NCBI GenBank assembly: GCA_003344405.1
Contig: NOWV01000262.1
Span: forward strand, 1 to 64,000
Direction of reading: 5' to 3'
Length of the DNA: 64,000 nt
Source: Trichoplax sp. H2
Lineage: Eukaryota
Shown here: in pieces, positions 1 through 11,900 of the stretch
How positions within the stretch are numbered: position 1 is the stretch's first letter
How the letters are laid out: every line of letters starts with the position of its first letter
Made by a program: the position numbers and the translations under genes
Notes under the pieces: model-generated
Databases searched by the model: none
The model's input: the letters and a program-made list of their open reading frames with translations, nothing else
What the model was told of the DNA's origin: nothing

Positions 1-959
1 CGACTAATTCTGGATAATAAATAAAGCTTCTTGCTCTAATTCTCCTAATGCTTGTGTTGTTGATTATCCTATGTGAAGAAAGCTAAGCTATTAGGGTTAA
101 TAGGATGATCGATGGCACAAAATTCATTTAATGCTATATTTGAAGAACATGCGAATTGTAATAATGACGAGAAATATCGGATGTATGGTTGAAATAAGTA
201 TTAAACAGTAGGTCTAGTGATGAAAATTTTACATCATTTCTCTTACGAATCTTAAAGATTTTCTAATATTCTTGAAAAATACTAGCGGCTTTAATTATCA
301 CTTCATACAGCGTAAAATAGGTAAGCATTTTGGTGCTAGTTGATAACATTCTGGTAGATCGCATACTACTGGCTAACGTGACTACTGCTGCAGACTTCTG
401 CACCAGCTACAGTAACATTGAACTTTCTTCTTTACAAACGAGTAGCATGGCAATAAACATATGCATCGATCGACGTACTAGTAGACAATTTTCGATTGCA
501 TATAATTATTAGAATTCTATTTTCTAGAGTATGTTTTGATCGTGCTAAAATACTGTCATCAGTAAATTGACGTTAGACATTGAGCAATCAAGATAGAGAA
601 GACAGGTCTTCTCTATCTCAATCAAAAAACGGAAATTATTTGTTGGTGTAATACTAACAGTGAAGTCACATATCTAACGTCCGTGTAATTAATGTTGGGC
701 AATTCAATTAAGTCACCACTGGAGCAATTGATAGACAAAGTGCTGCAGTTACAAAAGCTTGGACAGCCGCTGCTTGTTTCTGTAGAGAAGGTAACAAATT
801 TCTTAGGTTATTTAGCAAGTAAAATAAATAAATAGAATTGTAGCACTTGCTATCGATTACTATACCAGTACTTTCACAGCGACAAGTTGCTAAAAGCCAA
901 ATAAAGGCTATAAAGTGGATACAAAGGATCCAATGTTTTAGATTGTTGTTGCTTTTCAT
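1..959 (-). CDS. LGR-like gene 0 (partial: exons 1-3; continues beyond the left edge of the window)
   Basis: Exon 1 is 866-959 (ATG at 959; MKSNNNLKHWILCIHFIAFIWLLATCRCEST, signal-peptide-like). Exon 2 is 659-779 (CPSFCNCSTLSINCSSGDLIELP, LRRNT cap). Exon 3 is <1-68 (IINNTSIRRIRARSFIYYPELV). Junctions are GT/AG, and exon sizes (94, 121 bp) and sequences match exons 1-3 of genes 1 and 2. Confidence 0.9.
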
Positions 960-1015
960 GTCCGATATTAATGATATCAATGATTAATTTTTATAATGTA
1001 ATTAAAAGAATGTCA
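960..1015 (-). promoter_or_regulatory. Conserved 5'UTR/proximal-promoter segment shared by the three LGR paralogs
   Basis: The ~60 bp upstream of each ATG align loosely: 960-1015, 30798-30860 and 63718-63780 (plus-strand pattern 'gata..aat.atta.tttct.t.at..a.tt(t)aaa'). Function is inferred. Confidence 0.35.
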
Positions 1016-2705
1016 ACCTAATCAAAAAGATTAAGAAGAAGAAGGTTTACAAATTTAAGAAAGCATCTTTGAAAGTATTTTAACAAGAAAGAGAAAGCAA
1101 CCTCATCGCTATAGTGTTAAAGTTGATTACTTAAAATTTGTGGGTGTTCTTTTGAGCTGTCATTTAGCTACCGCATATTAATTAATTTACCTCACCGTAG
1201 TCAAAAGGATTGAGTTGAAGCTTCATGAATTAAAATTAAACATTTAGTAATATTTTTACAAGAAAGGCTAAGCAATCTCATGGCTACAGTGTTTAAGTTG
1301 AATACTAAAACTTATAGTTATTCTTGTAAGTTGTCACCGCGGATATGGAGCCCATGATTTGGTAATGTTTTCGGATTAGTTAATCGCAAATAATTTGATT
1401 ATCACTTTTCTCAGTTGATTTTAGTAGATGTTCCTTACGTCTGCTAATTATGTCATCTTCCCACGACAAATTTAATTTTGCGTTACATTCAGAATAGGAC
1501 TATTGTCATTCCTTGTGGATATGAAATGATCAAGGAGCTTTTTTGTCACGGTATGAACCATCATGAAGAGTAAATGACTAAATTTAGTGTTTGGCATTTA
1601 TATATGGAGATAACTAGAAATGACTTACAGTAAGAACTACAGTAGTTATTATTTTGTTACAGTAAATTATGTTGTATTGTAGTAAGAGTTCTCAGAAGGT
1701 AATTAACATTAATTGATGATAGTGTTATGTCTTGTAACGCTTGTGATAAAGATCCTGAAGATATTCAATTATAGATGATACTATAAATAATTCTGTGTGT
1801 GGATATACTGTAGTCTAATTATCCATTATCTAGAATCGTTCAGTAAAAGTCCAAAATTATGAATAATGTCCGTATTAATTTAGCTATCCAATATGAGCTA
1901 AATTTCGTGAACTGTTATGACTCATACATGATGGCGCTGTCGAAAGGTATTTAAGCTCGGCAGATAGTTGAATAAAAGAAGAGTTTTATAGATGATGTAA
2001 TGTAGAAGCAAAGACGTCTAAATTCTTTTGAGGTAGTTAAGGGATACTGAATCTCAGAGACTACAGTAATTTAGAGATTTGTTTTACGTTATCTTTGTCC
2101 CGAAGTTTGTTTTGTGACAAATTTACATAGAAATGCCTGAGATTTTTATTACCAAAATAGGAGTCCAGTAAAATTGTTAGATTAGGCTACTGTAATTTGA
2201 AGGCGTAAAGTGTATAACAGAGATTAATGTCGAAAATATAATTGACAAAGCCCCAAGAAAGTCAAAAAGGTTGAGTCGAAGGTTCACGAATTAAGATTGA
2301 ATCATTAACAGTATTTTGATAAGAAAGATAAATCGATTTCATGGCCATAGTGTTAAAGTTAATTACTTAAATTTATAGTTATTCTTTAAAGCTGTCATGC
2401 ATTCTATAGAACCCGTGATTTGGTGCCGTTTTCAGTTTAGTTTATCTACAAGAGTTTTATTACTATCTTTCTAAGATAGCTTTGATTGATGTTTGCCCCA
2501 GTGACGTTAGGTAATAATGCCAAGTTCTGACAACAAATATGATTTTAACGGTATATTCAGAACAGAGCTAGCAGTAGTTTTTGCAAGCTATGAAATGATC
2601 ATGAAACTTTTTTACATATTGTATAGGTATGTCTAAGATTTTTTTTGTTCAAGTAGGAGTACTTGAAAGCCATTGTATTAGGCTAACATAATTGAAAGGC
2701 GAAAA
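1012..2705. repeat. Diverged direct repeats upstream of gene 0
   Basis: The unit 'tcaaaa.ga.tgag..gaag.ttca.gaattaa...aagaaag...tcatggc.a.agtgtt.aagtt.a.tact.aaa.tt.t.g.t.ttct' occurs at ~1020, ~1200 and ~2261. The copies at 1200-2210 and 2261-2705 align over ~440 bp once the 1544-2119 insertion is removed. Confidence 0.8.
1544..2119 (+). mobile_element. Solo LTR-like element F (576 bp)
   Basis: Termini are TGTCACGG...TTTGTGACA, with TATTTAA at ~1948 and AATAAA at ~1971. The sister repeat near 2605-2620 shows the empty site. The TSD is degenerate (ttttt/aattt). Confidence 0.75.
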
Positions 2706-5189
2706 AAACCTGTTGCTACGGCCATACAAGAGGTCAAGTTTTTGTATTTATTCAGTCAATTTATTTCAGTGATTAAATATTGACCGTAATGGATCGATGA
2801 AAGGTATAAAGAAAGATGACAAGATAGTCTTTTAAGAGTTTATCGAAGAAAATACAATTCGAAATTAGGTAATAATCAAGTGTGAATACACCACTGTAAA
2901 TAACTGGATAAAAGCTCTTATAGTAACTGTATTTATACAGGTGGTCTTAAGCCAATTAAATTTTTGTTATATCTTCTAGACATGCAGGCAGCTTATTCTG
3001 GTGTAGTAATGTTAATATCTGCGGTAATATCAAATATAGTCAAGTCCGAAATGAAATGATTGATAAGTAATAAAATTCGCAGCTAAAAAACGCTTATAAC
3101 TTCTAGTCTTCAAAAGGCTTATTACATCGAATAAGATGGGTAGTGAAATCAGAAGACTTTCCCAAAAGATCTGTCTCACGAGTTAAACTTCAATTTATAT
3201 TTCTTAGATTAATCTATGAACTCGTTCAAGCTTAAAATATGCAGTTAATATTGCATTTTACTATTGGTTAACCATGCCTATAGTAAGAACTTCATGTTTA
3301 AGTTTCGGATATACTTGAACAAAACGCTATTTCGAACCAGTTTGATTCGAGGAAGAAAACGTTCTTCTTTGCGTCACTTAAAGTATCCTAACTTTATGAA
3401 CTTATATTGAGAAATATAAAAAATTATAAGCTAGACTTACAATAACACTGACAGCATAGAGAAATTGCGGGAGCAGAAGTTCCAACGGTGACCAATCTAA
3501 CTGCAGTGGAACAATTTGACTTACTATCTGTTAGTTTCGGAATGATGATCTTGTTGTCTCTTGCAATCTTGTACTTCCTGTTCTATTATTGCTAATATTG
3601 AACAATCGAACTATAAATATGACTCGATACGATCAGCAAATAGCGTGTACAAACAATGGAAAGGTAAAAGGAACTTATACATACTTTAGTAAATCATGCT
3701 GTCGATTTATTTATTTTTGTAACATATTTTTATTGTTAACGATGTCATGTCATTATCATGATAATTTGCTAGTCAGTTTGTAATTATTTCTGACAATTGT
3801 ATTAAATTCTAACTCTTATGTATTCCATCAAAAACTTGTTTACTTCGTCTAGATAATCAGCGTTACAATAATAAATTAATGGTGAACGATATATTTTAAA
3901 AGTACGTTCTACTATTGAGAGTGAGATATTTGTCACCCATTTTACAGATCGAAAGAATAAAACCATATTATGCCTAATGGATTGATTAGCTGTCTTCACT
4001 TTGAAAGTACGGTAAATTATCATGAATTCATATTATTTGATGGGAAATTTTATCAAGGAAACAGCTCACCATTAATTCGATATCTAGTAGTATTTAAAAT
4101 GTTTCTATCGAGTTACTTTCAATTTTTTCAATTTTATTTTCTATTTAGATTGCAACAATAACCTATCGTTGTAACGCTACCCGGCAATAGAAGCGTCATT
4201 ACTTGTTCAGATTACTTAATAAGTAAATACAACGAGTTAAGCTCGCTGCTTAGTGGATACAATACAAGTACTAATTTTGGCTTAAAAGCTATAATTATTG
4301 AGATGTAGATATAGATCAAATTTCGAATGCATTACGGTTTTTCTTATATGGTGCTCGACAAACGAGTTATCTTTGTGATTGGGGTGACAAGCAACCGACA
4401 GTATAGCATTTACAATTTTCTATTCTTAAATTTTGCTAGTTTAATTCAACCTTTTCATTATTCAAGCACCCGCAAATACATTACATTTGTGTTTTTAAAA
4501 CATCATATAAAAACTAGTAAATTAAACAATACTCATAGCACACTAATTGGAATTACTGGAATAATCAATCAAGATTGATTTGTCTCTGTCATGCTAATTG
4601 ACCGAAAGTAAGCTTTATCGTTCTACTTTATTCCCAGAACTTTGACTTTTTTCAAAACGAATAGCAACGCCTTATTAGCGGCACTAAGAGAACATAATGA
4701 ATTAAGAATTCAATTGTTATCGTAGGGAGAGTAGAATTCAATTTTATAAAAACGAAATCAATTAGGAATGATGAGCTAACCAGCTTTTAGCTTTAACTAT
4801 ATGATAGCTATCTATTGGTTTGATTTGCTGAGCGAAAATCTAAAGATTAAGGGATCTATCGAGAAAAGGATGGAATAAATTGTAAGAGATATCCATAAAG
4901 TGTTTTCAACAGTAAAGATGGCAGCATGAACCGCAATAGGTCAGACACTGAAGGGTAATACAAAATTACGTAATAGTTGCATAATTAATATTTAGAAAAA
5001 AATTAGACAAGATTATCAGCCGATGGTGAATGTTATAAGCATATTGTAATAAGACCTGTTGCCTGCATGAATAAAGGTCAAAAAGTTGCCATTGAAATGT
5101 AATGAAATGAAAAGTGTAGAGATCAAGCTACAAAAGTTTAACAAACTTTCATTCTACTTTCGTTGCACTCCGGTCGACTTAACGCTAAT

Positions 5190-5640
5190 ACTTTGGCACC
5201 AAATAAAAATTTGGGGAAATAATCGAACAACAACTTATTACAAAACAAAATGGAGAGAAGTACAAACCGAACAACCTTACAAGTACTTAGCTTTAAGTAT
5301 TAATAAAATAAGTGACAGACTTAAAAACTGTCAACGACCAAACAACCTTTCAAAAAGAAGAACGTTTTAACTTACGACAATTTGACCCCGAAGGCCTTTT
5401 AAATTCTACAAGTTCTTCAAATAAAATCTTCTTCTACTCTCTCTCTAAATTTTCTAATTGCACTATCATTTACAGGCTTCGTAGAGCCGTCAGAGGTATT
5501 TAAAACTAAACAATTGCTAACCAATCGCTCTTAAGATCCGTTTTAGAAAACTACTTTGCACCATTTATCGCCATTTAAGAAAACAAAAATCATTCAAAGT
5601 TCAGACACAATTTACCCTACGATTCCCCTACAAAACACTA
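5190..5640 (+). pseudogene. Possible decayed non-LTR retrotransposon reverse-transcriptase C-terminal remnant
   Basis: The frameshifted translation contains QIKIWG...EQPYKYLALSI (resembles the LINE RT 'YKYLG' motif), then NKIFFYSLSKF and QSLLRSVL. Multiple stops and frameshifts; the region is strongly A/C-rich. Confidence 0.35.
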
Positions 5641-7019
5641 TAAAACTAACAAGCTAACTATAAAAATATATGAAACTTCACTTCTAACATAATTTCTATC
5701 TTTAACACACTATGAAAGTCTAAAAATCAACCTTTAAACATCAAGATTTAGTCATAAAAATAACATTCTAACTACTTAACAATCAACACAACCTCTGCCA
5801 ATTTCCATCTTATTTTCTATTTTCCTCACTAAATTCTCCTAATGTGACTTCAAGTCACGTCATAAAATTCCAAAGTTTCAAATTCATAACAAAAGGTTCA
5901 AATTTCAAAAATCAACTCTTAGATATTTTTCATAAACTAAAATCCAAAAATTAAAACAAGAAAATTATATCGGACATAAATGCGACCGGTTCCGGAATCC
6001 GAATCCGAAAAATTCGGTTTTTATAAAGATCACAGTAATCGCTTATCAAAAAAATTTATACGACTATTACGACTACTTTTCTGATATTAGTATCGCTGAG
6101 TATTCGCGAGTATTGATAGTTGATGTTTTAGCGTCAGATCGGTAACTGTACGATTATAGACTGCATTACAGTACTTTACCGTCTTGTTATACATCCCCTT
6201 TGTCTAAGGATAGGGTTTTGCTACTAAGTCAAATTCTTTTATAATTTGAATAGACGATCAAACGCCCTTTCTTTAGATTAGACAATTGCTCTCGGGCGAC
6301 TTCTATAGTAATCTCTATATAATACCTTGTAAAATAATGAAAAAGAAATGATGGCGACATGATGATTTGGCAGGGTAAAACTTAAAGACACTATCACTTT
6401 CTAGGTATTTTGTATAGTAAAATAGTACTAGTTAGATACTAAAAGCTATAAAGGACTCTACTTTTAGTCCTTTACTACACAAACGTCTACTAATTGGTTT
6501 AAGAAGAGAGAAACAACAATTAAGGCCCTCTCGGGTTAGCGCACCCGTAGAGTCGCTTTTTGATTTTGATTGGAGAAAGAGATAGTTTAGATAAGACAGA
6601 TAGGGTAGCACATTAGGAATTGACTACGGACTTGTTAAGTAGGTTATTAATGGAGGCGGTACGTGTAAATGATAAAATTAGTATATTGAGTATTATAATT
6701 ATTATTGTTGCTTTCAAGTGACTACGTTTAACACATTAGCTGTAAATAAGGATTCATTAGAATTCCTTGAATTGATTGGTTTTGTAATCTAACACTGTTA
6801 ACTAACTCGTTTATCTATTTGATTTATACTAATTTCTGTTTTGAAGCCTCATAGTAAGCCTATGAGGAAAGTAACAAATATTTGCTTCCATTGATAGTGT
6901 GTACGAAGGTTGTAGTGCCACAACTATAAACGGACATGGCAAATTACTGCAACTTTAATCTTATTTTGTTTGATTTCATTAATCAACAACCTTAATAAAC
7001 TATAGTACATTTTTATCCC

Positions 7020-7200
7020 TTTGGAGTGATCTCGCTGTGAGACCGTCAAGCACCCTGATCCCAACCAACTGACTGTTGAAGAAGGCAATTGTTTACGGTA
7101 GAATTGGGCAAATTATGCAGGCCGTGACCAATCTTCAGGACAAAATCATTCTTAGGAATGGCCGCAACATTACTGGAAAGAAAATAATCCATTACACAAG
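7020..7200 (+). pseudogene. Possible decayed Ty3/gypsy RT-connection fragment
   Basis: Higher-GC patch that reads, with frameshifts, ...IMQAVTNLQD/KSFLGMA(7142-7163)/QHYWK. This resembles the gypsy 'P.N...LRSFLG...YY.KFI' motif. Confidence 0.3.
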
Positions 7201-7406
7201 AATGTAGTTATAAGACGTAATGATAGTTTATTGATTTGATAAACACCGTATGATAGGGTCAAACTTTAAACCAAAATAGAAAATAGCTCGAATAAGCTGC
7301 TAATATGACGCTCTAATACGCAATCACTTTGCATAACCGCCGTAACATAGTTTACTTAAGATTACTTGGCTTGGGATATGCTAATGTTAATATATTTATG
7401 GCATTA

Positions 7407-7662
7407 TACATGTTTTCAATAGATAAGCGTATCAGTTTATGATCTTATTAAAGTACTGATGAATAATATTCATGTCGATTGACCATAACTTGACTGATTT
7501 AATTTTATTTTATTTTATTTAAGGTTAACTATCTTAAAATATATTGATATTAATTTATCTATGACGTCATACATGTTTTTAATATGCTTTTGTAAAACTG
7601 TAGTATCTAAGTACTGATGAGTAATGATTATATAGATTGACTATAAAAGGATTGATTTTTCA
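7407..7662. repeat. Two diverged ~95-bp direct repeats (period ~160 bp) downstream of gene 1
   Basis: 'atacatgtttt.aata...aagtactgatga.taat...gattgac.ataa...ga.tgattt' at ~7407 and ~7569. Confidence 0.65.
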
Positions 7663-7716
7663 ATAAAGTTTTGAGTTCAGCTATCTGTTGGCGATTAAAA
7701 TCCTTATTGAGAAGAA

Positions 7717-7722
7717 TTTATT
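7717..7722 (-). terminator. Candidate poly(A) signal of gene 1
   Basis: AATAAA on the minus strand ~95 nt after the stop codon at 7818. Confidence 0.4.
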
Positions 7723-7817
7723 TCTCTTGGTATGCCGGTACAGAGCGTAGCATTACAACTAAGGTATATTCATTTCTGGCATTTTATAACATGATTGCAG
7801 TCTACGACATAATTATT

Positions 7818-8919
7818 CTAATCATCATGACTATCAACTTGTTCAACAGTTAAAACCTTTGAGCTAGGTACTCTCCAAAGCCTTTTTTGGCCTCGTTTCT
7901 GTGGCTTGTTAGTAAAGCTAGTCGATTTGTTTATTGGATGAATGAATAGTCCTTTAAATACTGTTGTACTTGTTATAGTATACAGGAATGGGTTAAGAGC
8001 AGAGTTGATTGGTAAAGCAAAAATCCCAACAAATTGTAATGTGATAACATCGACACCTTTGCTGGTGACAAAACCAAAATTATTAACTACATAATAAGGT
8101 AGCCAACAAATTAAATCGGTCAGCAGTATGATAGAGAGGCGTATTGCCAATACTTTATTTTCATTAGTTACTGATCGTCTAGCGGCTTTATGAGTGTTGC
8201 GTATGGAGATAAATGCTGCAATATAAAGTGAGCAAGTAATAATCCAGGCAATAATTGTGATGACTATATAAGTTATCATCCAAAGACGGTACGAAGGGTT
8301 TTCATAATTACTAGGCATACACATGCTATTATAGGTATATAGTCTTAGGTGGCCGGGTTGATTGATACTGTATAGCGCGGGGATAAGGACAAATAAGAAG
8401 CTTGCTAGCCATGTTGAACTTATTATTGCTCGAGTAGCAGCCATGCTCAATTGTTTTCTTTTGTTCGAATAGATGATAATGATAAACCTATCAATGCTGA
8501 TAATCATCATTAAAAATACTGACACTAAACTTGAGGTAGTCACCAAAATACAAGATAGTATACATAAAGGATTTTCCAGCCAATCCTCAGATCGTTGGCC
8601 GTACTGATCTTGACTGCTATATACTGAATTAGCAAAAGCTATGATGAATAAATAAATTGACATGATGAAATCGGATACAGCAAGATTGTTGATTAAGAGT
8701 ATATAAGCTTTTCCAAGTGTATCTTTGGTGTAATGATTATATAACATAACCATAATGTTACCGAAAAACGCCAGACAGCCAACAACCCAGACAAAAGATT
8801 GTAATGAAATATGAGCAAGAAGATGTCGGCAAGATGATAAAGTATCGGACATCATCGATGGCTCACAGGTTACAATTTTAGCAGGTATCATGCAGCAAAA
8901 GTAAGGACGGTTTGTTAAC
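7818..8919 (-). CDS. Terminal exon of gene 1: hinge plus 7TM domain
   Basis: PYFCC...CEPSMMSDTLSSCRHLL hinge, NLAVSD (TM2), SIDRF (TM3), TDLICWLP (TM6) and LPINSALNPFLY (TM7), typical of type-C LGRs. The acceptor AG is at 8920-8921. Confidence 0.95.
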
Positions 8920-11900
8920 CTATTAATATATTTTACAGGGAGACAGAAAAAATAGTGAATTCGAGTCATAAAATAATGCAAATATGCAGACGGAAAGTAG
9001 AATAGCTGATAAAATACTACTGAATTGACTTACGTTTCTACCAACTGAGGCGGACCGAAAAAAGATTCTCGAGATATATAAGCTAATAAATTCATTCGTA
9101 GATCTCTAAAGAATGTGCAGCAGATAATAAGATGCCGTAATTGTAATACTTAGTAGTATGAAGAATTAAAAGGCAAATAGCATATGTACTAATGAAAGTA
9201 ATCACCATTTGCAGTAGCATATTATCAGAAACAAGCAAAATCAAACTGAGATTCTAATCCCTGATAATGAAACAGTAAATTTTCACCGTACTTTTTTAAC
9301 TGACGCTAAAGTAGTATTCATCGTTGGAAATTTAGTCATTTCTTGCTTAGGGTAATAAAAAGTCGGATCACTTAACTAAAATGCATTGCATGTACGAGCA
9401 AATCTTGCATTTAAAGGAGGTTAAAAGATTAATATGGAATAAACTAAATCAACAAAGGAGAGATAAACTGATTTTACGTAGTTAATGCTAATTGTTCTGT
9501 AATTCTGCATGAAGTAAAAATTTAATAAAATTCAATTTATAACATAGACCGTACTTATATATGCACCAAAGTATAGATGCAAGTTTAATCACATTTTCGT
9601 ATAGGTAAGGGAGATAATGCGTATTTAAAAGCTATAGTAAATTTTATTAATCTACTCTTACATACAATTTTTGCAAATTTGATAATCCTTTAAAGCATCT
9701 TTCCTTGAGTTTTTCAATATTATTTCCACTTGCATCACTTCATAATCAGTGTACAATTGTATAACATCTTCTTAGTGGCATATGTTACATCTAATCTTAT
9801 GAAAAGCGAGACCGATAATTATTGACTCACATTTCTCTTATATTGGGAAATAGTTCAACAATGTCTAGATTTGCACCACATATTCCCACGATTTGATTAC
9901 CGGAAATATTTCTGATTCATAAAGGTGCACGAATAGACAATGATAGATCCATTATTATTAATGGATTCAATAGGTTGAACTATAATTTTGTAATCTTGCT
10001 ACAGCAATTAACAGGTTTAGTATGTTATTTAATATCTCTGGTGTAATCAATTTTAAATTACTCTACTAATGCACTTACAGCTTTTTCAGGTATACGTATC
10101 GAATTAAAAGCGAAGATTTGATCCCTTTTAATTTGTTATTTGCAACGCTTCTGTAATAAATATTAGAATATCATTGACTTTGAGAAACAAATCTATAATT
10201 CTATATACTCTTAAAGTGGGAATTGAGGAAACTTTAGTTAATTGTCTGCATCAGTTACGTTATATGGTGTATGTATATATATCTATATAAAATAAACTAC
10301 GTATGGAATAGCTTTAACTAAATATTGACTGAGCTTAGTTGAAAGAGGCTTCTGATTCATAGCGTAAATATTACAGGTCAGAAATTATTCAAAAATATTG
10401 AAGTCTATGTTACTTATCTATGTTATTATCTCACGATAGTCACCCCGAGGGTAGCTGGTAAACATTAATTCTTTTATTTATTAACCTCTGTCTATATGTT
10501 TCCACTAATAAACGTAAAATATCATTAAGATATGTGAACTTCACTAGATAAATTAAGGGCTATGATATATCGCTATGCTATCTCACATAGTAAAGTCTCA
10601 AGCAACCATATTAAGAGTTATAGTCAATTACATATTAATATCAAATTTTATGTACTCATCTAACTTACGGTATAATTGTAACTACTTTTCTACTATACTG
10701 TATATATCTTTCTAGCTTGTATCACTTTAAGAACATGAGATAATTATAAGATCATGTCTACTAATATCAGCATGTATATATATATAATAATAAATGTATC
10801 TAATTAGAAAAAAATAGAAATATCGTAAAGAATGTGTTCAGTATTAGATTAAGGAAAAATGGCAACCAAATTATCTTACAATTCAGTTAGCACATTTACA
10901 TCCTTGCCAGAGACATCGAACATGTCAAATTCACGTAGATTGTTGTCATTTAGTGATCTGTTATTAGATAAGCGCAAAACATCAAACGGTAGATAATCTG
11001 CTGCATATTTTTCAATATAAGATCTTACTCAATAGCACTTATTTAAATTGAGTCTGTATTTAATAGCGAGATCAATATATTATAATAGCTTATCCTATGA
11101 TCTATCATTAGCACTATACTTACAAAACTCTAAGATCGTCAAATGTGAAGGCCTTTGTTGGAATAGTTGAAATATTGCATTTATTTAATTGACTGTAAAT
11201 AATTGTTAAATTAAAATCAGAACTAGTTATGTATTTTATTGCTGCACTGTACCATACCATTATTGTTTTTAGGTAATTTGATACTTCTACAGAGTGAAAT
11301 TATACGGTTATTCACAATAAATATTAATCCTCATACCAGAAAACTCTATGTAATGATAGCCAGATTATTATTATGTAGAGCTTACTGGTGCAAGGGATGA
11401 AATACCGTTCATGCTTGTTACAGTGTTATACACTGTAATATCGAGATTATAGTAGAAACATCTATGTTAGGATAATTTTGTTGATTTACCCTTATATGAA
11501 ATGTTTCTAATTTAGATATGTGATATTTAAATATAGCTCTAGCTTTTACGAAGATATATACATCTGTCACAAACCAGCTTCGTGACAAGAATAACGTAAA
11601 TCAAATCTCTAAATTACTATAGTCTCCGGGATTCAGTATCCCTTAACTATCTCACAAGAATTTAGACGCCTTTGATTCTACGTTAAAACAACTATACAAT
11701 TGAGAACTGCTTTATTCAACTATCTGACGGGCTTATATACCCTTCTACAGCAGCTAACATTCACAAGTCATCTTATAAAAATACCTGGGTGAGAGCATCT
11801 ACTAAGTAGTTTTTCACAGTCGGACTACAATATGTCTATTCACAGAATCATTTCAGCACACATTACAGCACAGCAATAAATTTACTGTAACACATTTATA

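Noticed and set aside
708..980. 90-aa ORF as a stand-alone gene (likewise 63541-63744)
   Set aside because: It is LGR exon 1 read through intron 1. The spliced reading gives the LRRNT.
6120..6730. Another LTR-like element upstream of the gypsy-like fragment
   Set aside because: No matching termini or TSD could be identified.
8920..8981. N-terminal extension MHYFMTRIH... of the 387-aa ORF
   Set aside because: It lies in intron 52 upstream of the AG acceptor and is not conserved in gene 2.
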